Source: Candidatus Latescibacterota bacterium
GTDB lineage: Bacteria > Latescibacterota > UBA2968 > GCA-2709665
Assembly (NCBI GenBank): GCA_965203805.1
Contig: OZ241917.1
Coordinates: 5,280,001 to 5,344,000 of the forward strand
DNA: 64,000 nucleotides
Direction of reading: 5' to 3'
Both the position numbers and the translations under genes were made by a program. Of the stretch, positions 17,561-27,239 are shown in pieces (the first letter of the stretch is position 1; every line of letters begins with the position of its first letter). The notes under the pieces are model-generated. The model searched no databases and was not told the DNA's origin. It saw only the letters and a list, made by a program, of their open reading frames with translations.

Positions 17561-18622
17561 ATGGCACAACAGCATGGGGAATCGATGTGGTTTTACGTGG
17601 GAGGGACCGGTATATCGGTCTACCGTCTGGACCTTTCCACCGGGGACCTGGAGCACCGGAGTACCGTCTCGGAGGTGAAGAATCCTTCATTCCAGGCCAT
17701 CCATCCGTCGAATCGGTACCTATACTCTGTCGCGGAAGTCGATGATGGCGGGGCGTTGCACGCGTTCGCGGTCGATCCGGCCACGGGTGCGTTGCGGTCG
17801 CTGAATCACCAGTCCTGTAAGGGCGCCGGACCGTGCCACGTAAGCGTAGACGCGACCGGACGTGTGGTCCTGGTGGCGAATTATTCCAGCGGCGGTGTGG
17901 CGGCGCTGCCCATTCTGGATGACGGCAGCCTCGGCGAGGCCACGTCCGTTTTTCAGCACGAGGGTTCCAGCGTAAATCCGGGCAGACAGCAGGGGCCGCA
18001 CGCGCATTCCATTACCATCGATCCGGGCAATCGATACGCCGTCTCGGCCGATCTCGGTATCGACAAAGCGCTGGTTTACCGCCTGGATGCGGAGAACCGG
18101 ACGATAACGCGGAACAATCCCCCGTCGGTGGACGTCCAGGCGGGCGCCGGGCCCAGGCACTTCGCGTTCCACCCGGACCGGAAGCACGCCTACCTTATTA
18201 ATGAGTTGGACAATACGGCCGTGGCGTACGGGTACGACGAAGACCGTGGGATCCTGGAGACGGTGCAGGTGATTTCCACGTTGCCGGCCGACTTCACCGA
18301 TACCAGCTATTGTGCGGACATCCACGTGTCGCCCGACGGGCGCTTTGTCTACGGCTCCAACCGGGGCCACGACAGCATCGTGATTTTTGAGGTCGACTCA
18401 GACACGGGTACGCTCTCTGTCGTGGACTACGAGTCCACCCGCGGCGAGTTCCCGCGGAACTTCGCCCTCGATCCCTCCGGACGGTTCCTGTTCGCCGCCA
18501 ATCAGAATACGGACAACATCGTCACCTATCGAATCGACAGACAGACGGGCAGGCTAACGGCCACCGGGCATCAGGTGGAAACGCAGCAGCCGGTCTGCAT
18601 CAACATGATCCCCGCCGCATAG
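17561..18622 (+). CDS. pgl: Lactonase family (6-phosphogluconolactonase, 7-bladed propeller)
   Basis: GPCHV, VANY, PHAH, GAGPRH, INEL, SNRGHDSI and PRNF motifs. Confidence 0.9.
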   Translation: MAQQHGESMWFYVGGTGISVYRLDLSTGDLEHRSTVSEVKNPSFQAIHPSNRYLYSVAEVDDGGALHAFAVDPATGALRSLNHQSCKGAGPCHVSVDATGRVVLVANYSSGGVAALPILDDGSLGEATSVFQHEGSSVNPGRQQGPHAHSITIDPGNRYAVSADLGIDKALVYRLDAENRTITRNNPPSVDVQAGAGPRHFAFHPDRKHAYLINELDNTAVAYGYDEDRGILETVQVISTLPADFTDTSYCADIHVSPDGRFVYGSNRGHDSIVIFEVDSDTGTLSVVDYESTRGEFPRNFALDPSGRFLFAANQNTDNIVTYRIDRQTGRLTATGHQVETQQPVCINMIPAA

Positions 18623-19069
18623 GGACGCCGCCACACCCGCAGCACGGATCGAAAGGTCGTAACGACGGAAGTGTTGTGCGGTAAATCCGCAGCGGTAAAC
18701 AGGAAGTACGACGATTTTCCTTCCTTTAGACAGGTTAAATGCACTACGAAACAGGTTGACTACGGCCCGCCGGTTCGATAGATTTTCAATAGAGAAAACG
18801 GACCCGTTTAAAAAGTGAATGTCGTGAATTCCCGCGATCTCAAGTACGGCTTGTGTACAGGAGGAAATGCCAGCCAGCGTAAATAATCCGAGATCCCCAG
18901 GTTACTATATCGCGGGCGTTACAGGCCGGTGCGAAAAAGTGAAACGGGTTGTCCCGGTATTGAAACCGATGCGCGAGCGCATGCCCGATTCGGCTGAAGA
19001 CGGCGCTAATACATACTTGCGCCGAACTTGAATAGCGAATGGCGGTACCACCAAAGGACGAGTGCTTCA

Positions 19070-19438
19070 ATGGATCGGGAGCCAATTTGGAGTGTCAGTG
19101 AACGCGCGTGGTTTACATGCATGTCCGTGGCGCTGTTTATTGTCGGCTTAGTTATCCGCTACCACGGCCCACATCAATTGGCGTTGGAATTTGACGCGCT
19201 GAAGGACATTACCGCCATTGGGTTATTTGCGGTTACAATGGCATTTTTTGCTATGGAAGGATGGGATATTATGGGACTTGCGACCGGTGTGATCAAAGTC
19301 TTGAGGGAGAAGCAACGCGACAGAGGACGAAAGGAACAAGACGAGAAGTTCAGGAAATGGTTGGAATCAGAGAAGAAAAAAGGGACGGTTTTTCAATCAC
19401 CGCCGCCCCTCCTGAACAACGGACAAGTTGACGAGTAG
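19070..19438 (+). CDS. Small hypothetical membrane protein (2 TM plus charged tail)
   Basis: RBS AAGGA, two hydrophobic segments, basic/acidic helix and PPP tail; GC lower than neighbours. Confidence 0.6.
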   Translation: MDREPIWSVSERAWFTCMSVALFIVGLVIRYHGPHQLALEFDALKDITAIGLFAVTMAFFAMEGWDIMGLATGVIKVLREKQRDRGRKEQDEKFRKWLESEKKKGTVFQSPPPLLNNGQVDE

Positions 19439-19863
19439 TCTTGACGTACTCAGCATTCAATGTCGTAGCTATTTGCCAGCCATGCCCGAATCAACGGTAC
19501 CCATTTTTCAGGCAGTTTGGGCATCCCGGAAATTTCGTCGGCTATAATTCTCGTTGATTTAACGATTCTAGTGCTGGATGTTCAACCTTTGTTGCGTTTC
19601 GTCGTGTTCGCACTTTGGAAGTGAGAAGAAGGACCCAATGCCGTCCGGACGGGGTTTGATCTTTCACGAACTTCACGAATAAGAACCTTACGAACCGATG
19701 CCTCACGCCCTGAAATCCCTCTCAAGGCTGAGGCATCATCTGTATATGCGGTAGTGTCGTTTACGGCACGACAGGAAAAACACCTGCAGTGTTGGACAGT
19801 CGAGTACTTGAGTCGATTCAGAGTCATCCACATTGACTGTTTTCTCAGGAGCAACCGCAGGCC

Positions 19864-21429
19864 ATGAACATCGGCATGCTGCTGACAAAGTCTGCACGCA
19901 CGTTTCCGGAGAATCTGGCGCTGGCTTACGGCTCCCGGCGATGGACCTACGCCGAATTCAACGGGCGCGTGAACCGGCTGGCGAACGCGTTCTTCAGGCT
20001 CGGGCTGCGCCCAGGCGGCCACGTCGCCATCCTCATGCAAAACCTCCCGGAAATGCTGGAATCCATGTTCGCGTGTTTCAAGGCAGGCGCCGCGGCCGTG
20101 CCGATCAACTTCCGCCTGCATCCCGACGAATTCGCGTTTATTATCGACCATTCAGAATCCGAACTGCTCATCATCTCCTCCGAATTCAACGCGCCGGTTT
20201 CGCGGATCAGGGACCGCCTGCCGCGGGTCCGGCACGTCGTCACCATTGCGGAGGCGCAGGATGGCATGCTGGACTACGAGACGACGATTCGCGCCGAACG
20301 CGACGCGTTCGGCGACATGGCCGTGGGACCGGACGACGTGGCATGGGTGTTCTACACTTCCGGTACCACGGATCAACCGAAAGGGGCATTGCTGACCCAC
20401 CGGAATCTGCTGGCGATGACCATGAACTTCTACGCGGACGTCTGCCAGGGCTTCGGGCCCGACGACGTGGCCCTGCACGCGGCGCCGCTTTCCCACGGCA
20501 GCGGCCTCTATGCGCTTCCGAACGTCGGCAAAGCGGCGGCCAACATTATTCCGGAAACCGTCACCTTCGATCCCGACCGGATCCTGGCGGCCATCGAAAC
20601 CTACCGGGTGACCAATATGTTCGCCGCGCCCACCATGGTGAAGCGCCTCGTGGAAAGCCCGGCATTGCACCGGTACGACCTCCGGTCGTTGAAGACCCTC
20701 AACTACGGCGGCGGCCCGACGCTGGCTGAAGACCTCCGGGCTGCGATCCGAAAACTCGGGCCCTGCCTCGTTCAGGTGTACGGCCTGGGCGAATCTCCGA
20801 TGACGATCACGTACCTGCCGCACCGCGACCACGTCCTGGACGGCACGGCACAGCAGATGAAGCGGCTCAGTTCCGCGGGGTTCGCACGTACTGACGTCGA
20901 AGTCAAGATTCTGGACGACCAGGGATACCAACTCACGGCGGGAAACATCGGCCAGATCGTCACGAGGTCGGACCTCGTCATGAAGGGGTACTGGCGCAAT
21001 CCCGACGCCACGGCGGCCACCCTGAAAGACGGTTGGCTGCACACGGGCGACGTGGGGTACATGGACGAGGAAGGCTACGTTTTCCTGTTGGATCGCTCGA
21101 AAGACCTGATCATCAGCGGCGGCGAGAATATCTACCCGCGCGAAATCGAAGAGGTGCTCATCCGGCATCCGGCCGTATCCGAGGTCGCGGTGATCGGTGT
21201 GCCCCACCCGGAGTGGGGCGAGGCGGTCAAGGCGGTTGTCGTCAAGGAGCCCGGGCGCGACGTGTCCGGCGAGGAGCTGATCGACTTCTGTAAAGGCCGG
21301 ATCGCCAGTTTCAAGAAACCGGAGTCCGTGGACTTCGTGGAGAAATTGCCCAAGAACAACTACGGCAAGGTTGTGAAGAACCTGATAAGGGCGCCGTATT
21401 GGGGCGGCAGGCAGAGCAAGGTGATCTGA
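19864..21429 (+). CDS. Long-chain acyl-CoA synthetase / AMP-binding enzyme
   Basis: YTSGTTDQPKG, YGLGE, LHTGD, DRSKDLIISGGENIYPREIE and LPKNNYGK motifs. Confidence 0.93.
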   Translation: MNIGMLLTKSARTFPENLALAYGSRRWTYAEFNGRVNRLANAFFRLGLRPGGHVAILMQNLPEMLESMFACFKAGAAAVPINFRLHPDEFAFIIDHSESELLIISSEFNAPVSRIRDRLPRVRHVVTIAEAQDGMLDYETTIRAERDAFGDMAVGPDDVAWVFYTSGTTDQPKGALLTHRNLLAMTMNFYADVCQGFGPDDVALHAAPLSHGSGLYALPNVGKAAANIIPETVTFDPDRILAAIETYRVTNMFAAPTMVKRLVESPALHRYDLRSLKTLNYGGGPTLAEDLRAAIRKLGPCLVQVYGLGESPMTITYLPHRDHVLDGTAQQMKRLSSAGFARTDVEVKILDDQGYQLTAGNIGQIVTRSDLVMKGYWRNPDATAATLKDGWLHTGDVGYMDEEGYVFLLDRSKDLIISGGENIYPREIEEVLIRHPAVSEVAVIGVPHPEWGEAVKAVVVKEPGRDVSGEELIDFCKGRIASFKKPESVDFVEKLPKNNYGKVVKNLIRAPYWGGRQSKVI

Positions 21430-21535
21430 CTGGCTGACCGCATACCCGTGGAACGCCATTCAGGTCACGCGACGTGAGGGCCGCTCGTTCTCCAACCGGC
21501 CGGTCGAACCGGGCCGGTCGTCGAGGCAACGTGCG

Positions 21536-22801
21536 ATGGTCAGGAAGCGAAGACTCGGACGCGGTGTGGCCATGGTGGGCGCGGGCATGTCGCCGTTCGG
21601 CATGTTTCGGGAGAGGGATTCCAGGGATCTCTTCGTCGACGCCTTTCGGGCCATGACGGCGTCCGTGGACAAAGGTCTGGATCCCGGCGATATCGACGCG
21701 CTTTACATTGGTAATTTCACCAACGATTTCTTTACGGGTCAATCCCACTGGGGCGCCATTCTCGTCGACGCGGTGGGCCTGGTCCCCCGGCCGGCAACGC
21801 GCACCGAGGGGGCGTGCGCATCCAGCGCGATCGCCTTCCGCGAGGGCGTATTTGCCATCGCGTCGGGATTTTACGACGTGGTCCTGGTGGGCGGCGTGGA
21901 GGACATGTCAAAACGCTCCACGGCCGACGTGGCGGAAGGCCTTGCATCGGCGGCGGTACCCTATGAACGAAAGTCCGGCTTTACGTTTCCGGGGGTGTTC
22001 GGCGCGATCGCGACGGCGTATTTCCACAGGTACGGCGCAACGCGCGAGCACCTGATGGACGTAACCATCAAGAGCCACGAGAATGCCCCGTTGAACCCGA
22101 AAGCGCAGTTCCGGGCGTCGGTCGCCGACATTATGGAATCGAAGGTGGAGCGCGCGAAAGCGAGCGGCGCGGCCTTGCCGGAATGGAAGGATGAAAAGGA
22201 CTTCCTGCGAGACCCTCGTGTCAACCCGCCGGTCGCCTGGCCGATGCACCTGTTCGATTGCTGCCCCATCAGCGACGGGGCCGGCTGTATCCTTCTGGTC
22301 GGTGAAGAGATGGCCAGGCGCTTTACGGACGACCCGCTATACGTGGTGGGCCTCGGCCAGGGCAGCGGCAGAGGGCTGCACGCGGCGCGGGACCTGACGA
22401 GCTTCGAGGCCACGCGCCAGGCCGCTGGGGAAGCCTATTCCATGGCGGATCTCGGGCCGGACGACATACAGTTCGCCGAGGTGCACGACTGCTTTTCCAT
22501 CGCGGAGATCCTCCACGTCGAAGACCTCGGCTTCTTCGGCCCCGGGGATGGATTCAGTGCTGTGGGCGAGGGCGCGACCCGGCTGAACGGGCCGAAGCCG
22601 ATCAACACCTCGGGCGGGCTGAAATGCAAGGGGCATCCCGTCGGAGCGACAGGCATCGCGCAGCTGATCGAAGTATGGGAGCAACTGAGACAACAGGCAG
22701 GCGACCGGCAGGTGCCGAACGGCGATCTTCGCCTGGGTGGGGCCCACAACCTGGGCGGCACCGGCGGCACGAGCACGTTTACGATCCTGGAGAGGCGGTA
22801 G
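21536..22801 (+). CDS. SCP2/archaeal-type thiolase
   Basis: EGACAS active Cys, CCPISDGA, EVHDCF, GGLKCKGHPVGATG and HNLGG motifs. Confidence 0.9.
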   Translation: MVRKRRLGRGVAMVGAGMSPFGMFRERDSRDLFVDAFRAMTASVDKGLDPGDIDALYIGNFTNDFFTGQSHWGAILVDAVGLVPRPATRTEGACASSAIAFREGVFAIASGFYDVVLVGGVEDMSKRSTADVAEGLASAAVPYERKSGFTFPGVFGAIATAYFHRYGATREHLMDVTIKSHENAPLNPKAQFRASVADIMESKVERAKASGAALPEWKDEKDFLRDPRVNPPVAWPMHLFDCCPISDGAGCILLVGEEMARRFTDDPLYVVGLGQGSGRGLHAARDLTSFEATRQAAGEAYSMADLGPDDIQFAEVHDCFSIAEILHVEDLGFFGPGDGFSAVGEGATRLNGPKPINTSGGLKCKGHPVGATGIAQLIEVWEQLRQQAGDRQVPNGDLRLGGAHNLGGTGGTSTFTILERR

Positions 22802-22804
22802 AAG

Positions 22805-23221
22805 TTGGGAAAGCGGCCCGTCAGCGATACCTGGTACGAACAATACCTCAGTGAGGAAACGCTGATGGGGTCGACATGCCCGCGATGCGGCGCGGTTTAC
22901 GTACCGCCTCGACCTCTGTGCGCGGAATGCCGGAACACGGAGATGCGGTGGACGCAAATGAACGGAACCGGCAAACTCGCCGCATTTACAAGCATATCCA
23001 TCGGACCGCCCGCCATGCAGGCCGAGGGCTACGACCGGGACAATCCGTATTGCACCGGTGTCGTCAAACTGGACGAGGGACCCCGAATCGTCGCCCGCAT
23101 CGAAGGCGTCGACGCGCGGAATCCGGATACCATCGAGATCGGCATGCTCGTAACCGCGATGTACCTGCACCGAGGCAGCGGTGGCGACCGCGCGACGCAA
23201 CTGGCCTTTCGACCACTGTGA
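22805..23221 (+). CDS. DUF35 Zn-ribbon/OB-fold thiolase partner
   Basis: CPRCG...PPRPLCAEC zinc ribbon plus OB fold, directly after the thiolase. Confidence 0.9.
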   Translation: MGKRPVSDTWYEQYLSEETLMGSTCPRCGAVYVPPRPLCAECRNTEMRWTQMNGTGKLAAFTSISIGPPAMQAEGYDRDNPYCTGVVKLDEGPRIVARIEGVDARNPDTIEIGMLVTAMYLHRGSGGDRATQLAFRPL

Positions 23222-23235
23222 AGGAGCGAACTCCA

Positions 23236-23916
23236 ATGTCAAAACGCGACGAGCGACAATTCGAGGCGAAAATCCGGGAAATCGCGAAGCCGCTGAACGG
23301 CCAGTACCCCAGACCCTGGATGACCGACCTTCGCGATCCGCTCCTGGCGGAAGTCTTCGTTGTCGGAAAGAACCAGAGGAACGGATATCCTACGGATGCC
23401 GTCTCGCACGAACGCCACGTTGCCGCGTTGTTCAACGAAGAACCCGGAGCGTGCCGGAGACTGTATTGCGAACTGACGGGTGGTAAACCCTCGCCGACTC
23501 GCAAGAACATCGATCGCTTGGTCGCCATGCTGAAGGACATCGGCGTTGACAGAGTCCTGGAGACAAACGTGATCTGCTACTCCACACCAATGAGTGTTGA
23601 CCTCCGACACGAGTTTCACATTGTCGGCGCCAGGCGCGGCGAAGAGATCTTTCGTTTCCTGCTGTCATCCATCCAGCCGAAGGTTTTGATCGTACACGGT
23701 GCAGGCGCCTCAAAGAAATTGAGGTCGATCTTGAATTGTGATCTGCCGGCTCCGTCGAACTGCACCGACGATGGTCTTGTGCTTTGTCGTTGTGGTGCAA
23801 TGCTGGTGATCGTAATTCGGTCCCTCGCGCCTCCGGAATACAACAGGTGGTCCAAATGGGCTCCTGCCCACCTTGCTCAGGTTGCCAATGCTGTTGCCGA
23901 TCACTTTAGCGGATGA
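23236..23916 (+). CDS. Hypothetical protein, uracil-DNA-glycosylase-like fold
   Basis: RBS AAGGAG; VFVVGKNQ, ETNVICYST, IQPKVLIVHGAGA and RSLAPP resemble UDG superfamily motifs. Confidence 0.5.
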   Translation: MSKRDERQFEAKIREIAKPLNGQYPRPWMTDLRDPLLAEVFVVGKNQRNGYPTDAVSHERHVAALFNEEPGACRRLYCELTGGKPSPTRKNIDRLVAMLKDIGVDRVLETNVICYSTPMSVDLRHEFHIVGARRGEEIFRFLLSSIQPKVLIVHGAGASKKLRSILNCDLPAPSNCTDDGLVLCRCGAMLVIVIRSLAPPEYNRWSKWAPAHLAQVANAVADHFSG

Positions 23917-24057
23917 AGCGACGTTTGACGCGGCGACGACTCGATCTCGTTTGGGCTCCTGAACGTCGTTCTCTTACTGATAGAGAAGAGCCGCATAGAG
24001 GCGTCATACGGGATTCGCGATAAGAAAGTGGAACCCGTTTTTTTTGGGATTTTTCGG

Positions 24058-24086
24058 TTGACAGGGATTTTGAATCCGGCTATTAT
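24058..24086 (+). promoter_or_regulatory. Sigma70 promoter with palindromic operator in the spacer
   Basis: TTGACA-17bp-TATTAT; the spacer contains GGATT-ttg-AATCC. Confidence 0.7.
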
Positions 24087-24113
24087 TTCCCGATATTTCA
24101 CAAGGGGGATACG

Positions 24114-24689
24114 ATGGCTGCGACACTGCCCGTTATAGACATGGAGTCTATGTCGGAATTGCTTTCGTCCATTGAGAACAACAAAATCGTCCTAACCGCA
24201 AAGGATGAGTCTCGTAACAAGAACCCTCGTCTCTGGCACATCGAAGAACGACTCCGAGACCATTTGTCAGGGTATGAAAGGCATGTCCGGGACGCGAGGA
24301 GCGCGTTGAGTCACCTTGTGGAGGTGATAGAGAATTGGATCAGTGCCTTGAAGCCGGTTCTGCACGGCCTTGAGTATTCGCCTGATGATTATATCGCAAT
24401 GTACAATCCCCGGGAGACAGAAAGACGAATTTCCGAGTTCAGAAAGAACGAAGAAGAACTTAAGACGATAAGAAGTGAATTTGAGGCTTCTCTTTGGACG
24501 TCGTTTCTAAATGGTCTTGATGATGGTGTCGACACTAAGTTAGTGGAGTTGGATGAAAGGCTATATGATCTCATTTCGCTCATTCAGGAAGTTCGCTGGC
24601 GAATGCTTAGCGCCCACGGGAAAAGCAAGGAGAGACCTGAAAAGACATATCAATCGGCCGAGGAGGCAATTGCTGATCTGTGGGGGTAG
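24114..24689 (+). CDS. Putative long helical antitoxin (unknown family)
   Basis: Lies upstream of and overlaps a RelE-like gene. C-terminal KTYQSAEEAIADL resembles RelB/DinJ-type neutralising tails. Homologous to 51261-51755. Confidence 0.6.
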   Translation: MAATLPVIDMESMSELLSSIENNKIVLTAKDESRNKNPRLWHIEERLRDHLSGYERHVRDARSALSHLVEVIENWISALKPVLHGLEYSPDDYIAMYNPRETERRISEFRKNEEELKTIRSEFEASLWTSFLNGLDDGVDTKLVELDERLYDLISLIQEVRWRMLSAHGKSKERPEKTYQSAEEAIADLWG

Positions 24690-24982
24690 GCGTGGACGGG
24701 ATCCAGTTGCCGCCGATAACTTCATTTGAATACAGCCAGTATTTCAGGAAAAACACAAAGCGATTGAGGTCGGAGATTGAAGAGGGTCTGAAGGCCCTAA
24801 TATGCGAATTGCAGAACGGATCACTGTCAAAGGGAAGAAAACTCAAGAAGGCGTATGGATGTTACGTTGCACGAATAAATCAGAATTACAGATTAGCATT
24901 CGTAGTTCACAATAACGGTGCGGTCGAGTTTATCTGCATCGACACGCATGATGAGGCATATCGGTATCTGAGAAGAAGATAG
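24680..24982 (+). CDS. RelE/ParE-superfamily toxin
   Basis: FEYSQYFRKNTKRL...CYVARINQNYRLAF...ICIDTHDEAY matches the RelE-fold pattern. Confidence 0.75.
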   Translation: MGVGVDGIQLPPITSFEYSQYFRKNTKRLRSEIEEGLKALICELQNGSLSKGRKLKKAYGCYVARINQNYRLAFVVHNNGAVEFICIDTHDEAYRYLRRR

Positions 24983-25033
24983 ATGCGATACCTTCTCGCC
25001 GTGTGCATGGTGAACCCCCAGGTTTATCCTTAG

Positions 25034-25061
25034 AGGGCATCGGACAATTCTCCGGTGCCCT
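25034..25061 (+). terminator. Hairpin after the TA pair
   Basis: AGGGCATCGGA-caattc-TCCGGTGCCCT. Confidence 0.5.
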
Positions 25062-25341
25062 TAAATCATGTTTGACTTGAAATCGCGTCGGCGCGAGTTG
25101 TCGTCTGACTTTGACGCCGTCAACCATTTACTTTCGTTATCCCGACTAAAGATGCGAAACAATTGCGGCGGCTGTGTTGCGTGGTTATATTCGTCTGGCT
25201 GGCCATGGCGGGCAGACGTCATACGTTTCTTTCAACTACGCGGCAGGTTGCGGTTCCGGGAGCGGAAGTCAGACCGGCTGACGCCTGCGTTCCAAAGGGA
25301 AGCGCGGATTCCGGTTCCGGCAAAAAAGGAGACCTACGGAT

Positions 25342-27195
25342 ATGAATCGGACACTCAAAGACCTGATGAACGAGAGCTTCGCGGAGCACGCGGATCGGAC
25401 CGCCGTGCGCGTTCTGAGGCAGTCCGATCAGCAGGTCGAACGGGGCTTGCGCTACGTTCCGATGACCTACGCGCAGCTCCGGGAACAGAGAGACAGGCTG
25501 GCGTCCGGGCTGGCCCGAGCCGGATATGCAAAGGGCGACCGCGTGGGGATACTGACGGACGGCGGCCTCGAATCGGTATTGATTTTCCTGGCGGCGGATA
25601 TGCTGGGGTTGTCTTCGGTGCCGCTGTGCAACAAGCTGCCTGACGATATTCTCAAGTATATGATCGAACATTCGGGCCTTGAGGTGCTGTTCCTGGACAG
25701 CAGGAGCCGGGAACAGGCGGACCGGGTTCTGCCAGGTCTGGCGAAATCCCCGAGACTGATCCTGACGGAGGGCCAGTCCGATGACATCCGGTCGTTTTTC
25801 GCCCTGGTTCAGGATGGCGGTCAGGCGCCTCCGCCCGACGTGGAAATCTACCCGGACGACGAGTCGAAGGTGGTCTACACCTCGGGTTCGTCGGGCCTGC
25901 CCAAGGGCGTGGTGCAGACCCATCGCAACCTGGTGGACAACGTCCGGTCGGTATGGGACGGGATATCCCGCCGCGAACAACCCGTTCTGTTCAAGTCCGC
26001 TCCGGACTACCATACCATGGGCATTCTGAACATCTACTTTCCCCTCTTCAAGGGCTGGACGCTGGACCTCGCGCGTTCGCCGGACCGGGTGCTGGTGGAC
26101 ATTCGATATTCCGAGCCGCACGGCTTCCTGACCGTGCCCCTGATTCTGGACAAGGTCTATGGAAACGTGCGCAAGGAAATCGACGCGGGAGGCGTCAAGG
26201 GCAAACTGGTTGAGCGCGCGGTACGGGCCAAACGAAACATCTCCAGGGGCGCGTCTTCGTTCTCGGACCGGGCCGTGTATGGACTGATCGGGAAGAAGGT
26301 GGTGGCGGCGATTAAGGAAAAGCTGTCCCAGCGCGTGGGCGGACGGCTGGAACTTCTGATCGTGGGCTCTGCCAAGGCGGATCCGGAGGCGCTGGATTTC
26401 TTCCAGGACGTCCTGGATATCACCTCGCTGGAAGGGTACGGCACCACCGAGTGCTGTCCCCTGATCGCGGTCAATACGCTGGACGCCCAGAAGACCGGTA
26501 CGGTGGGAAGGCCGCTGCAGGAGGTGAAGCTGGTGACCGAAGAGGGTGAGGAGGTCGGAGCCGGCGACCCCGAAACGCACACGTACCGGGACAGCGGCGG
26601 AAAAGATGGAGAACTCTGGGTGCACGGGTCCCACGTGATGCGCAAATATCTCAACGATCCCGATCGTACCGCGGAGACGCTGGTCAAAGACGACGCCGGC
26701 AAGACGTGGTATCGGACCGGCGATCTATTCAGCATCGACGGCGACGGGTACCTGACGTTTCGCGGGCGCCTGGGGCGGCAGTTCAAATTGAGCAACGGGG
26801 AGTTTGTGAATCCCGAGCTTCTCGAACGACTGTACGCCAGGGTGCCGTTGGTCGAACACGTGATCATCTACGGCGATCAGAGCGGTTCCTTTCCCATGCC
26901 GGTTGTCACGGTGAACGTCGAAGAGGCGCGGACGTTGTCCGATATCCAGGACCTTCCTGACGATGATGACGCGGTGCGCAGGCACTCGGGCGTGGCGGAT
27001 CGTCTGCGGGAACTCCTGCTGAACGAAGCGACCGCCGCCGGCCTGCCCGGACACGAGCGTCCCCAGAGGGTGCTGGTGCTGCCGGACGCGCTGAGCGAGG
27101 AGGCGGGTACGCTTACGCGGGGGTTGAAGAAGGTGGTTCCCGGGGCGATTCTGGAACAGTACCGGGACAGCGTGGAGGCGGCGTATTCCAGTTAG
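25342..27195 (+). CDS. Long-chain-fatty-acid--CoA ligase (FadD-like)
   Basis: YTSGSSGLPKG, EGYGTTE, WYRTGD and FKLSNGEFVNP motifs. Confidence 0.9.
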   Translation: MNRTLKDLMNESFAEHADRTAVRVLRQSDQQVERGLRYVPMTYAQLREQRDRLASGLARAGYAKGDRVGILTDGGLESVLIFLAADMLGLSSVPLCNKLPDDILKYMIEHSGLEVLFLDSRSREQADRVLPGLAKSPRLILTEGQSDDIRSFFALVQDGGQAPPPDVEIYPDDESKVVYTSGSSGLPKGVVQTHRNLVDNVRSVWDGISRREQPVLFKSAPDYHTMGILNIYFPLFKGWTLDLARSPDRVLVDIRYSEPHGFLTVPLILDKVYGNVRKEIDAGGVKGKLVERAVRAKRNISRGASSFSDRAVYGLIGKKVVAAIKEKLSQRVGGRLELLIVGSAKADPEALDFFQDVLDITSLEGYGTTECCPLIAVNTLDAQKTGTVGRPLQEVKLVTEEGEEVGAGDPETHTYRDSGGKDGELWVHGSHVMRKYLNDPDRTAETLVKDDAGKTWYRTGDLFSIDGDGYLTFRGRLGRQFKLSNGEFVNPELLERLYARVPLVEHVIIYGDQSGSFPMPVVTVNVEEARTLSDIQDLPDDDDAVRRHSGVADRLRELLLNEATAAGLPGHERPQRVLVLPDALSEEAGTLTRGLKKVVPGAILEQYRDSVEAAYSS

Positions 27196-27239
27196 GGAAC
27201 GCTTCCCGATACGTAAACTTCGAATAGAGGAGCATTCGA

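Noticed and set aside
25200-25330. Possible cobalamin riboswitch (AAGTCAGACC) upstream of the acyl-CoA ligase
   Set aside because: I could not identify the B12-box or the other conserved helices.
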